Shown: piece after piece, positions 47,457 to 59,834 of the stretch | How the letters are laid out: each line of letters opens with the position of its first letter | Position numbering within the stretch: position 1 is the first letter of the stretch | DNA from: Anthoceros angustus | Lineage: Eukaryota; Plantae; Anthocerotophyta | Assembly: GCA_010909165.1 (NCBI GenBank) | Contig: MU008164.1 | Coordinates: 1,984,001-2,048,000 of the forward strand | Length of the DNA stretch: 64,000 nt | Direction of reading: 5' to 3' | Program-made: the position numbers and the translations under genes | Notes under the pieces: generated by a model | What the model was told of the DNA's origin: nothing | What the model saw: the letters and a program-made list of their open reading frames with translations, nothing else | The model's database searches: none

Positions 47457-50400
47457 CTCCTCTCCTCGACTGTTCATGCCTTCCTTCCCTTAGCAACCTT
47501 TGTTCGGTGGGTGCTTCCTTATAACCGCCTGGGTAGCTCGGTGGTTCTCCGTCACTCCTTATTTGGTGGGTCCTCCATGAACCCAAAGCAGTCCACCAAA
47601 TTGAGGGAGTAAGGGATATCCCTCCTATACTCCTCCTCCTCATCTGACCATGTGATATGTGCAAACGGAAATTTGTCCAGATTCTCTCCTTCTTCCTCCA
47701 GGTCAGATGTTTCTCCAGCCGATGTGTATCCTTCCGTTGCTGTAGGAGTCTCCCCACAGTAGGTATCCCTGCTCCAACTCAAACAAATTCGGCCCTCCTT
47801 CGTCTTGGGGTCCCAATCCATTGGCTTAAAAGCCACTTCCTTCCTCCCCCAAGTCATCTTGCATCTTGAGCCATCTGAGGTCCTTCCCAATAGGATGTCG
47901 TACCACAGCGCCTTGTCTTTGGATAACCACATAGTCCATGAGATAGGGAATGGTCCCTATGATGGTGGTTACTCCTTGATTCTCCACAGTGCATTTTTGA
48001 CATGTCGGTAATCTCGGCCTTTGTGGTATGCTCAATGTCAACCCAAGCTTCCTTGCTATTGCTTCCGTCATGATGTTCACCCGGATCCGGTATCCGGGGA
48101 ACCGCTTGATGAGACGGCGATCTCCACTTGCGACTCCGGCCCTTGGTCTATCATGGACACTAGGTTGTTGTAGGGTCGGCACCCTTGGTCTGGCTTGGGC
48201 AATCGCCTCTTCCTCTTGGGTTGCGCTTCTTGCAAGGCCCTCGAACTTGTTGCTGTACTTGGTTGTCCTTCAATAGTTGACCAAGCGTGATGGCAAAGCT
48301 GCGATCCATGATGGCTTGACAAGGTTAAATGGTCCTCGATCGGTCCCTCCTTCTTCCCAACGATCGCGGTTGCCCCTTAGCAACGTCGGTTGCTTAACAG
48401 CGGCCGCCTTAGCAGCGGTTGCTAACGAGGAGGACTTCTGCGGTCTCGAGGATCACGAGCTCGGCGGTTTTTTGTCTTGGTCAATTCCTCCTCTATCATC
48501 TCCATGACTTCGGCGGCGTCCGGTGGAAACTCGGGTTTCCTCTCCCTTTTCTTTGGAACTTCTTTTCTCGGCATGGCCCCAGGCGATTCACTCCTTGATT
48601 CTTCCTTCTCGGGGTTCTCCTTCTCAAGTGTCTCCTCGGATCCGTTCCCTCCGGGCTTGGAGTGCTCTCTTGACTTTGTGGTGATTCCACCTCCGTCTCT
48701 TTCTTCTTCCATGACTTCCTCCTAGCTTTTCACTCCTAGTGCGCCTGACCATGGCTGCGACCTCTCGTAATAGTCTCCTCACCCCCAGTCCATCTAGCTC
48801 CCGCAACACCATGGCTTCGCATCCTCCCCAAACAGCCATAAGGGCATCCTCCACGTGCATGGTGCCACGGCTCCTTGGGATGCTTGCTGAACCCCACGGT
48901 GGTATCCTGCTCCAACTCAAACAAATTCGGCCTCCTTGTCTTGGGGTCCCAATCCATTGGCTTAAAAGCCACTTCCTTCCTCCCCAAGTCATCTTGCATC
49001 TTGAGCCATCTGACGAGTCCTTCCCAATAGGATGTCGTACCACAGCCTTGTCTTTGGATAACCACATAGTCCATGAGATAGGGAATGGTCCCTATGATGG
49101 TGGTTACTCCTTGATTCTCCCACAGTGCATTTTTGACATGTCGGTAATCTCGGCCTTTGTGGTATGCTCAATGTCAACCCAAGCTTCCTTGCTATCCTTC
49201 CGTCATGATGTTCACCGGATCCGGTATCCAAGGGAACCCGCTTGATACCGACGGCGATCTCCACTTGCGACTCCGGCCCTTGGTCTATCATGGACACTAG
49301 GTTGTTGTAGGAGTCGGCACCCTTGGTCTGGCTTGGGCAATCGCCTCTTCCTCTTGGGTTGCGCTTCTTGCAAGGCCCTCGAACTTGTTGCTGTACTTGG
49401 GTTGTCCTTCAATAGTTGACCAAATAATAGTGCTGATCCATGATGGTGGCAAGGTTAAATGGTCCTCGATCGGTCCCTCCTTCTTCCCAGCGATCGCGGT
49501 TGCTCCCTTAGCAACAACGTCGGTTGCTTGCTGCTTGGCCGCCGCGCGGTTGCTAACCGAGGACTTCTGCGGTCTCGAGGATCACGAGCTCGGTTTTTTG
49601 TCTTGGTCAATTCCTCCTCTATCATCTCCATGACTTCCGGCGTCGTCGGGAAACTCGGGTTTCCTCTCCCTTTTCTTTGGAACTTCTTTTCTCGGCATGG
49701 CCCCAGGCGATTCACTCCTTGATTCTTCCTTCTCGGGGTTCTCCTTCTCAAGTGTCTCCTCGGATCCGTTCCCTCCGGGCTTGGAGTGCTCTCTTGACTT
49801 TGTGGTGATTCCACCTCCGTCTCTTTCTTCTTCCGGCTTCCTCCTAGCTTTTCACTCCTAGTGCGCCTGACCATTGCAGCCTCTCGTAATAGTCTCCCCA
49901 CTGCCCCCAGTCCATCTAGCTCCCGCAACACCATGGCTTCCGCATCCTCCCCAAGCGACCATAAGGGCATCCTCCACGTGCATGGTGCCACGGCTCCTTG
50001 GGATCTTGCTTGCGAACTCCATCACGGTGGTTGAGCAATTGAGCAGTCTTCCTCGGTTTGGGCAAGTGACACTCACCATGACCACATTGTTTGCGGTCTT
50101 GCACGGCCGTTCGTAGTCACCATTGGCTTTGTCTTGTTGGCGATGAGCTATTTGCATAATGACCAAAGCCCCTGATTGTAGCGAACCGCACCCGTTGCTT
50201 GGTTAGCAACCACAGGCACTTGGTTATTCTGAATGCCGCCCCATGGAATTTCGCGGCATCGATGGATGGGCGGTCTTGAGAATCTTGTCCCTGGAAACCT
50301 CACGGATCGGTAGGTATCCTCCAGCGATCCTCTTCCTCCTCCTCGTGGCGAGCATGTGCACCTTGGCCACATGGCAGTTGGACTTGGTGTGGCACGGCTG

Positions 50401-53065
50401 GCCACAAGTGGAACAAAGCAGGTTAGCCGAGCTTTGGATGCTCTCCTCTTCTCATGCTCCTTCACGGCGTTGAGGTGAAACTTCTCGAATTTGCTCATCA
50501 TTTCCTCCATCTTCATTTCTTGTTGCACCTTCTTGCGGCTTGACCTCCTCTTGACTTGTTCCACTTCCTTCTTAGCACTAGCAACCTCTTGTTTAGCCAC
50601 AGCGCTCCCTTGATCCTCGAGCCTCTGGTTTCTTCTTAGCGTCAACCTTCTTCTTCTTCTGCGTCTCTCGTCTTGAGGATTCTTCCTCCGTCTTGCCATC
50701 CTCAGGAAGAGTCCTCCAGTCTGAGTCTTGAGAGGTCACTCTCCTCGAAGATTCTTCCTCCGACGAAGATCCCTTGTCCTTCTTCCCTCGCTTGGACTTC
50801 TTCTTCTTGCTCTTTTCCTTCTTGTGCTTCTTCTTGTCCAAGGAGTTGGATTCTTCGTAGTTGAGTGCCGCCTTGATGGCCTTGTCGTCTTCTCCGCTTG
50901 CGGCCTCACATGTCGGCCCATCTCGGATCTAACCTTAGCAAACCACCGAATGGCACAGTCAGTGAGGACCACTACGATCGCAAGTTAAGAACCTCTCAAC
51001 ATAAGCTTGCAAGGTCTCCTTCCTTCTTCTCCTCAAAAACTCCAACTTTGACAACACGTAGCCTTCTACATCTATTCCCTGAACCTCTCACAAAAGGCTT
51101 TCTTGATTCGTTGAAGGTTCTTTGTCTTGATGCCTTGAGGTACTCCCTCTTGTACCACTTGGCTGGCCCTCCATGAAGAACTCCGTAGAAGAGTGAATCT
51201 GTTGCGGATCCCAGTTCACGATTTGCAATGGTTAGTTGCTCAAAGCGTTCAACAAACTCGTCGGATCTTCATACCTTCTTCTCTCCATACGGTGGGTATG
51301 GGCTTGTAGTTATTGCAAAAGGCTGAAGTCGCCATGACGGTCGTCACTATCCGGCAACCGCGATTGTTGGTCTAACAGGATCTCTGTTAGCATACTGTCA
51401 AAAGTTCTTGAGTTCACGGCAGTTGCACAAGTTGACCGCGGAGGTCGGAAGACAAGGATGGTCATCGTCCTAGGCACTGTTGCTTGCTTCTTGGCTCCTC
51501 CAGTCGTTGCTTTGTGCTCTCCTCGGCTCTCGATGCCCCGCCCCCGCTCCACGGCAGCGTTGTCTTCTTTGTCTTGTGGCGATGAGCTATTTGCATAATG
51601 ACCAAAGCCCCTACGTTGTAGCACACCGCCCGTTGCTTGGTTAGCAACCACAGGCACTTGGTTATTCTGAATGCCGCCCCATGGAATTTGTGACATCGGA
51701 TGGGCGGTCTTGAGTCTTGTTGTCCTTAGGAAACCTCCACGGATCGGTAGGTATCCTCCAGCGCGGCTCTTCCTCCTCCTCGTGGCGAGCATGTGCACCT
51801 TGGCCACATGGCAGTTGGACTTGGTGTGGCACGGCTGGCCACAAGTGGAACAAAACAGGTTAGCCGAGCTTTGGATGCGACTCTCCTCTTCTCATGCTCC
51901 TTCACGGCGTTGAGGTGAAACTTCTCGAATTTGCTCATCATTTCCTCCATCTTCATTTCTTCTTTGTTCTTCTTGTGCGGCTTGACCTCCTTCTTGACTT
52001 GTTCCACTTCCTTCTTGGCACTAGCAACCTCTTGTTTAGCCACAGGCCGCTCCCTTGATCCTCGAGCCTCTGGTTTCTTCTTAGCGACATCAACCTTCTT
52101 CTTCTTCTGCGTCTTTCGTCTTGGGGTTTCTTCCTCCTCGTCATCCTCAGGAAGAGTCCTCCAGTCTGAGTCTTGAGAGGTCACTCTCCTCAAGATTCTT
52201 CCTCCGACGAAGATCCCTTGTCCTTCTTCCCTCGCTTGGACTTCTTCTTGCTCTTTTCCTTCTTGTGCTTCTTCTTGTCCAAGGAGTTGGATTCTTCGTA
52301 GTTGAGTGCCGCCTTGATGGCCTTGTCTCGTCCTTCTCGCAGCCTCACATGTCGGCCCATCTCGGAACCTAACCTTAGCAAACCACGAATGGCACAGTAA
52401 ATCGAGTGAGGACCACTACGATCACGCAAGTTAAGAAACCTCTCAACATAAGCTTGCAAGGTCTCCTTCCTTCTTCTCCTCAAAAACTCCAACTTTGACA
52501 ACACGTAGCCTTCTACATCTATTCCCTGAACCTCTCACAAAAGGCTTTCTTGATTCGTTGAAGGTTCTTTGGGGTCTTGATGCCTTGAGGTACTCCCTCT
52601 TGTACCACTTGGCTGGCCCTCATGAAGAACTCCGTAGAAGAGTGAATGCTGCAGATCCCAGTTCACGATTTGCAATGGTTAGTTGCTCAAAGCGTTCAAC
52701 AAACTCGTCGGATCTTCATACCTTCTTCTCTCCATACGGTGGGTATGGGCTTGTAGTTATTGCAAAAGGCCGGAAGTCGCCATGGCATCGTCACTATCCC
52801 GACAACGCGATTGTTGGTCTAACAGGATCTCTGTTAGCATACTGTCAAAAGTTCTTGAGTTCACGGCAGTTGCACAAGTTGACGGAGGTCGGAAGACAAG
52901 GATGGGTTGTCCTAGGCACTGTTGCTTGCTTCTTGGCTCCTCCAGCGGTGCGTTACTTTGCTCTCCTCGGCTCTCGATGCCCCGCCCCCGCTCCACGGCA
53001 GCGTTGTCTTCTTCTTGAGTCTTCTCTTCACGGGAGTCGGAACTTTCGGACTCAATGGGTAGCAT
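47457..53065 (-). pseudogene. Gypsy gag and aspartic protease (frameshifted, partly duplicated)
   Basis: Protease D(T)GSG-VNIMTEAIARKLGL...ILLGR (~47880-48110, duplicated ~49020-49240). Zinc knuckle CSTCGQPCHTKSNC (~50375-50415, duplicated ~51810-51855). Gag-like ETLQAYVERFLNL. Confidence 0.85.
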
Positions 53066-53140
53066 CCATGTATCACCTCAAGACTCCCAATACACTACTA
53101 GACAAGGTTAGTCTACTCTAAGGTCTTGACAACAATGACA

Positions 53141-53155
53141 CTCCCAGCAGCGCCA
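53141..53155 (-). other. Primer binding site TGGCGCTGCTGGGAG
   Basis: Begins with TGG three nt after the 5' LTR end (...CCACA ttt TGG) on the minus strand. Confidence 0.7.
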
Positions 53156-53158
53156 AAA

Positions 53159-56100
53159 TGTGGAGTGATTTTCTAAACCAAGTGGTCACAAAGAGGCCAC
53201 ATTTACCCTCTTTATCGTTGTAGACTTGAGATTCGTACCCAAGGGAGTGATTTCGTGTCAAGACAACCAAAACATAGCCAATCCAACCAACACGGACACA
53301 CCAAAACATCTAGCGATTCTGAGACCAGCTACTATCCTAACAACACTCGGACACTGGCTATCTTAGCCACGCTCTGATACCACCAGCGGGCGACCGGTTG
53401 CTAACAGCAACCGCCCTCTATTCTAGCGGAGGGTCCACCTTGGGATCAGTCGGCTATTAATAGAAGGTGGGTCGGTCGGGATCCAAGTGGATAAGGTGAC
53501 CTCTCTCTCTCTCTCTCTCTTACTCATCCACAAAGTTAGATCCACCAATCGGGATTCGCTCTCATAACTTTCCCCCCCTCCACTCTTGCACTTCTTGAGA
53601 CTTCCTTGCCTCTCCCCGGCCTTTCAGCTCACCTTCCAAGCTCCATACAGACCTCCAGGCTCTCACAGTCCTTGAGGTGCCTCTCATGATCCTCCCCCAC
53701 TCTCCAAGTTTCCCAGCTCTCTTCAACTCTCCTTGTTCTCACCTCCTCCCCCATTCAATCTCCACTTCCACTCACAGCACCTCTCCAGTCCTTACAAGGT
53801 TCTCATCCGGACCTTACAGCCCTTCACCAACTCTCAAAATACTTGTTCACTACCTCCAATCATTCCATCTCATCCACTCACGGGATCTTCAACCTCCACT
53901 CACGGCTCTCTTCTTCAACACAAACATCACTTACAGACTTCTCCGGTCCTTCTTACTCCTCTCAAACAGCCAATCAGCAACTCTCCATGTCCGGCATTCT
54001 CCACTTCTCTCACAGTTCACTTTTCCTCTCATTTTCCAAACACACAAGCCCACGCCTCAACTCACTTGACTTCCCTTCCACACACACAGGCTCCCGCCTT
54101 GTCTTCTTCTCCCCTGACCTTGACACTCTGAAAAACTTAAACACAAGGTGAGTACTAGACAAGCTGGGAGAATGAGTAAGGAGGACCTCCCGGCTTCACC
54201 CCTTCCTCTTGACCTTGAGGACTCCTCCAAGGAGATCACAAGGCTCCCTCCCTTGCTTTCCACCACTCTTGCGGATCGGCCACACGGATCTGGGCAACAG
54301 TAGTCTTCGTGGCGGAGGAGCGGTGCCTACTTACAGAGGATCAGGAACCCTCCCAAACCCCGTGCTCAAACACCAAGACTTAGGCCAACATTGCTTACAT
54401 TTCATCAAGAGGGCCTCTTATACCCAAGATCATTACAAAGCGGCTTGGGCTTGCCAAAAATACCAATCGGTCTTAGCCTACCAATCCTAGAGGCCTATCT
54501 ATCAATTACATCCACTATGAGAGGATAAGATTTGATCTATAACACATGGGCCTTTAGCTATTTGAGCCACTTACCCTATTACCTCTCACAGGCCTCCTAG
54601 GCGCCTAGCCCCATGTTCTCCTCTTGCTCTCCTCCCTCTTGGCTGGTTGGGCAATCTCTCCCATAAAATCTCTACCTCCTCAGCTGGACTCCTCTCTCTC
54701 TTGTGCCATAGTGCAGTACTCCTCCTCGGTGAGCTCTTGAATCTGGATGGGTCGGTGAGAGTTTCCTCCTTAAGAATCCAACCCATAGGTAGGATCCGTG
54801 CCGTCAAGGCATGGATCAAGTACCTCCATGTCCCCTGTGCCCACAACAACATAAACTTTCGGGAGACAATCTTCTCTCCGGCCAAGGAGAATCCGGGCAC
54901 ATGGTTATCTTGATAAGCATCCCTCAATCTAATGCACCATTGGGAAGTTAGACTTCTTAGGCGGTGCTTACCGCTCCCCAGCTGTTGTCCTCCTCCACAG
55001 TCTTACATTGCCCCTTCTTCCTTGTTGTAGCTCGGTCTTGGAGCTGTTGCTCCCTTAGCAGTGCAGGTTGCTTCCTTAGCGGCGGCGGTTGCTTAGCAAC
55101 CTCCTCGGTATTGCTAACTCGACAGATTCTTCCATGGAGGCTCGCATCTTCCACGGTGGCTCTCCTTGCAATCCACAGCCCTCTTGGCCTCTTTCCAACC
55201 TTTCCTTGCCTCGTCCCTCTCCTTCTTGTGGCGCCCGGTGTCCAGCAGTTTCGGCTGAACTTGCGCATCGAGATGACGTGCGGCTCCCTATGGTGCTTTG
55301 TGCGTCAGGAGTGAACCATGAGGTTTCGATCCTTGGTCTTGCTGCAACTCTTCTCGGACCTTCCTTAATTCCTTCCATGCTACCTAGGCGTCCCTCAAGA
55401 CCTCCTTCTCCTGCTTCATTCCACGGAGCTCCTTTGCTCTCCTGTTGTTCCCCTGCTGTAAACCTAACAAAGAGGACGAGCTATCGGTCCTCCATCTCAC
55501 CTAGTCGTGCCATAGTGAGACCGGTTCTTGTAGGGTGATGTTAGGCCCCAAACCTCTGGATGGGTTCCCTCCTTCCTATCTGGCGCGTGACTCTCCCTGC
55601 GACCACTTAGGGGTATACTTGAGGTCACCCCTTGAGCAGTGGTGACTTTCTCGGGTCAGCTCGGCCGTGCCCAAGGTTGGGTGATTCCTCCTGTTGACTG
55701 TGGCTTCCCGGGCTCCTGAGCTGGTCTTGCTCTGGCCTTTCCTTTATCACCTTACATCCGGTGAGTTCCGGTCGTGCTCTTGTGGCTCTAGGAGTGGTTG
55801 GAGTCCCATTGCTCGGCCGACCTCTCTTGGTGCTGTTGGGGTCTTAGCAACTCCGGTTGCTGTTTGGTGATGATACCTTAGCCGCCACATTCCTCTTCAT
55901 GGACACTTGGACTTCTCATCTTCACTCCCGGTGCCAGAGATGGCCTCTTCCTCGACTCCTCTTTGGGCTTCCTTCTTTCAAACACGGCCTCCGGGCATGG
56001 AAGGTGAGACCATCTCTATCCCCTCCGGACTTGGCATGGTCAAAACGTGGATTAAGAAGGAGATAGAGCTGAGGGGCTGGGTGATGGTAGGGTCAAGTGG

Positions 56101-58079
56101 TCCCTCTCACACTGTGTCATAGAACATCCTAGCCCAATCTATCTTGGACCCTCTCACCACCTCATAGAAAGACAAGAAAATGGTCGACAATGTGCTCTAG
56201 CTTCTTAGTGAGTGAGCAGGATCCACTGGCTAATCCGGCCCTCGAGGTCTAACTTGTTGGTGACCCAGCCATTCTCCACCCTAGACAATGTGGGAGCAAT
56301 GGCGACTTGCCTCCTGCGACTTTTGGGAGATGGCTTCTGAAAGGATCAATGATTATTCCACCACATTCCTCTTGAGGCCTCTCATAGACAGCTGGAACAA
56401 GAATATTCAGCGGGGTTGGTTCTCGTGTTGCCTTCCATGGCCTTCTCCCTCATGTCCTGCACCAGAACCAGGCTATTGTAGCACCACTTTTTGTCCATGA
56501 AGGACAAGTGATGTAGCCACCAAAGACCCGCCTTCACTCTCCGATTGCCCCATGTTGGGCCATTGGACAGTGGTAATGGCCTCAATAGCCCAGGAGTGGT
56601 CTTCTTAGGGGCCATGCTTCACGACTGTGGCCGGCCACACGCTCTGTGAGCGGTGCTGCTCTGGCCTTTCCTTTGTCCTTACATCCGGTGAGTTCCCGGT
56701 CGTGCTCTTGTGGCTCTAGGAGTGGTTGGAGTCCCCTGCTCGGCCGACCTCTCTTGGTGCTGTTGGGGTCTTAGCAACTCCGGTTGCTTTATTGTTGGTG
56801 ATACCTTAGCGCCACATTCCTCTTCATGGACACTTGGACTTCTCATCTTCACTCCCGGTGCCTGGAGATGGCCTCTTCCTCGACTCCTCTTTGGGCTTCC
56901 TTCTTTCAAACCGGCCTCCGGGCATGGAAGGTGAGACCATCTCTATCCCCTCCGGCAACTTGGCATGGTCAAAATGTGGATTAAGAAGGAGATAGAGCTG
57001 AGGGGCTGGGTGATGGTAGGGTCAAGTGGTCCCTCTCCACCTGTTGTGTCATAGAACATCCTAGCCCAATCTATCTTGGACCCTCTCACCACCTCATAGA
57101 AAGACAAGAAAATGGTCGACAATGTGCTCTAGCTTCTTAGTGAGCTGAGCAGGATCCACTGGCTAATCCGGCCAGCTCGAGGTCTAACTTGTTGGTGACC
57201 CAGCCATTCTCCACCCTAGACAATGTGGGAGCAATGGCGACTTGTGCCTCCTGCGACTTTTGGGAGATGGCTTCACGAAAGGATCAATGATTATTCCACC
57301 ACATTCCTCTTGAGGCCTCTCATAGCAACTGGAACAAGAATATTCAGTGCGGGGTTGGTTCTCGTGTTGCCTTCCACTGGCCTTCTCCCTCATGTGCCTG
57401 CTCCCAAACCAACAGGCTATTGTAGCACCACTTTTTGTCCATGAAGGACAAGTGATGCTTAGCCACCAAAGACCCGCCTTCACTCTCCGATTGCCCCATG
57501 TTGGGCCATTGGGCAGTGGTAATGGCCTCAATGGCCACCGGAGTGGTCTTCTTAGGGGCCATGCTTCACGACTGGCGTGGCTCGAGTTTCACAGTAAGGA
57601 GTCCGGCTATCGCGATGCACCACCACAGCACTTCCCACTTCAAGATTCTGTCCCCACTGCTCGTATCGCCTCCTGGCCGACTTCCCATCCAAAATTTCCG
57701 CTTAGCTCGGCTTGTTGGTGGAGGATCCTCTGGAAACATTTCCGGCTTCCAACTTCACGATGGCAAGGGTGTCACACTGAATTCACTCCAGCACTTGGAA
57801 AGCGCACAGCACTTCCCACTTCAAGATTCTGTCCCACTTGTTTGCTCAGTCTCCTCGGGCCGACTTCCCATCCGAAATTTCCGCTTAGCTCGGCTTGTTG
57901 GTGGAGGATCCCCCTGGAAACACTCTTCCAACTTCACGATGGCAAGGGTGTCTGCTGAATTCACTCCAGCACGCGGGCGTCACAGACCACAATTTATTGA
58001 TTCACTATCTTCCGGCCCGTTTTACGTGTCCGACTTGACACCCGGCACCCCTACGGAATTGAAACCCGTTCTTATCCTC
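53159..58079 (-). repeat. 5' LTR of the family A Gypsy, missing its outer ~0.9 kb
   Basis: Colinear with 29817-36184. Similarity stops at gaaacccgttcttatcctc (58079), where family B sequence resumes. Confidence 0.82.
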
Positions 58080-59834
58080 ACGCAACACATACGCCTCGCC
58101 TCGGCTCGGGCCGTCCAGCCCCTACCTCGGTTGTGTGAGGCTCGATGGTGTCCTTGGCCCTCTCTGCCTGCCTTCTTGCCTCCTCTGCCTCTTCTTGGGC
58201 CACTCCTCTCTGCCTACAAAGGTCCTCCGCCTTTGCTTGTGCCTCCTGCGCATGCTTCAGCTGTTCACACAGCTGGAGCACCCTGGCTCCGTCTTGTTGG
58301 GCGGACCTAGCCTCAGACTCGGCCGCCCGGCGTTTCTCCTCCTCGACTCTAGCGAGGGTCTCGCCTTTCCTCCGCTGCAGCGCTGGGCCCCTCAAGCTCC
58401 ACCATTAAATCTTGGTGGCCTCCACTTCCTGGGCCTTCTCTCCGCTGCATGAGACCCCAGCACTCCCTGGTGCAGCACCTCCGTGTCTCTTCCACGGCCC
58501 CAGACCGTGAAGTCTGCGGGCTCGGCACCGGGTCCGTTAAGGACCGCGGACCTTGATCAGGAGGGTGGCGGACTAGGGACTCCAGACAATCAGGACCCTC
58601 GGGTCACAGTGTTCGTCCGGGGCTTCCACCTCCTAGCCCTTTTGGCTGCTAACTCCTTCTCGCCGCCTTCTCTTAGGGGTCCGGAGGTGGTGAGGTCAGG
58701 GCTGGCTCGCTCCTCCTCGGTTGGTGATAGGGCGGGCTCGGGGTGGGGTTCTTGCCAGTGTCCCCGCTCCACAGGCGCATCTCGCTCGACCCTCCTTACC
58801 GCCTTTGCTTCCACTCCGTCGGCAAGGGTGAGGGAGCGCCCTGGGGGGGTGGTGGAGGCAGTCTTCCTCTTCTTTACCTCACTTTGGTCGGCGGGTTCGG
58901 TGGTGGGGCCGTCCTGGGTTCGGCTTGTTAGTACACACCTGCCTCCTCCGCTGCAGTCTCCTCCCAGGGGTGCTCGGTGGAGGGACTAAGAGGAGGGACT
59001 CGGAATTTCTTCCCATACTTCCGGCGAGGGGGTCAGGTCGGGATGGAGTCGGAATCCCTCCCAATCCTCATCGTCTGGACACTTTGGTCTTGGGGCGGCC
59101 CTCCGTCTCCGGTGCTCTCCCTTCTCGCTCGGCCTTGGGTAGGGCCACCAACCCCTTCCGGAGCGCTCGCTCCTCCTCTCCCTCCTTCAGGAGGTTAAGG
59201 TGCCCCCACACGTGAATGATAACGCGGCCGATGGGGGCGGCTTCTGCTGCCTTGACTTCACAGCCTCTGGTTGATCCGGGCGAAGATGATTCTTCCCCAG
59301 TCGGCTCTCTTCCCTCTCTGCAGAGCATGGAGGAACACCAGCAAATTGTCACCAAGGTGGTCCACCTTGGTGAGCATGTTCCAATGAACGATGATCTTTG
59401 CCACCACCCTCACCCTTCTGTCCAGCAGGTCTGACATCATCCACCCATTTGAGGACCGCTGCGTCCCTGGCCTCAAGAGCGCCGCCTTTGTCGCCTCCAC
59501 CTTTCCTTTCATCTTCAGGGGCTCTGGAACTATACCCCCGACCTCCTCCGCTGGGCGGTTGTAGACCGTCCTCAGGACCTCTACAGTCCATCTCCTAGGG
59601 TCCTCCCTCAGACTTTTGGAGCAGACCGCTTTGTTGGCCACCGCCAACATCTTCCGGGCGTACTCCCGGACCAGGGCCACGCTGTCGAAGGTCCACACCG
59701 CCTGGAAGATGTCTAGGTGTCATTCACCAGCTCTGCCTCACTTGACCGGTCGAAATCAGGTAGCGCTTGGTGACAATGTTCTTCTCTACTAGGCGCCACG
59801 GCTCCCAGACCTCCGCCGCCTTCTTCGGTCCCAT
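58080..59834 (-). pseudogene. LTR(U3)-encoded ORF of family B (outer copy), N-terminal part
   Basis: MGPKK start at 59834. ORF 59258-59698 reads VYNRPAEEVGGIV...NGWMMSDL...LTKVDHLGDNLLVFLHALQRGKRADWGRIIF. ORF 58078-58395 is coiled-coil-like. Confidence 0.65.

Larger units (their letters stand above)
28821..58079 (-). mobile_element. Ty3/Gypsy LTR retrotransposon (family A, non-chromovirus, Athila-like RT) with giant LTRs
   Basis: Minus-strand order is LTR-PBS-gag-PR-RT-RNaseH-INT-PPT-LTR. Both LTRs begin tgtgg(a)gtgattttctaaaccaagtggtcac on the + strand (28821/29817 and 53159). Confidence 0.88.
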
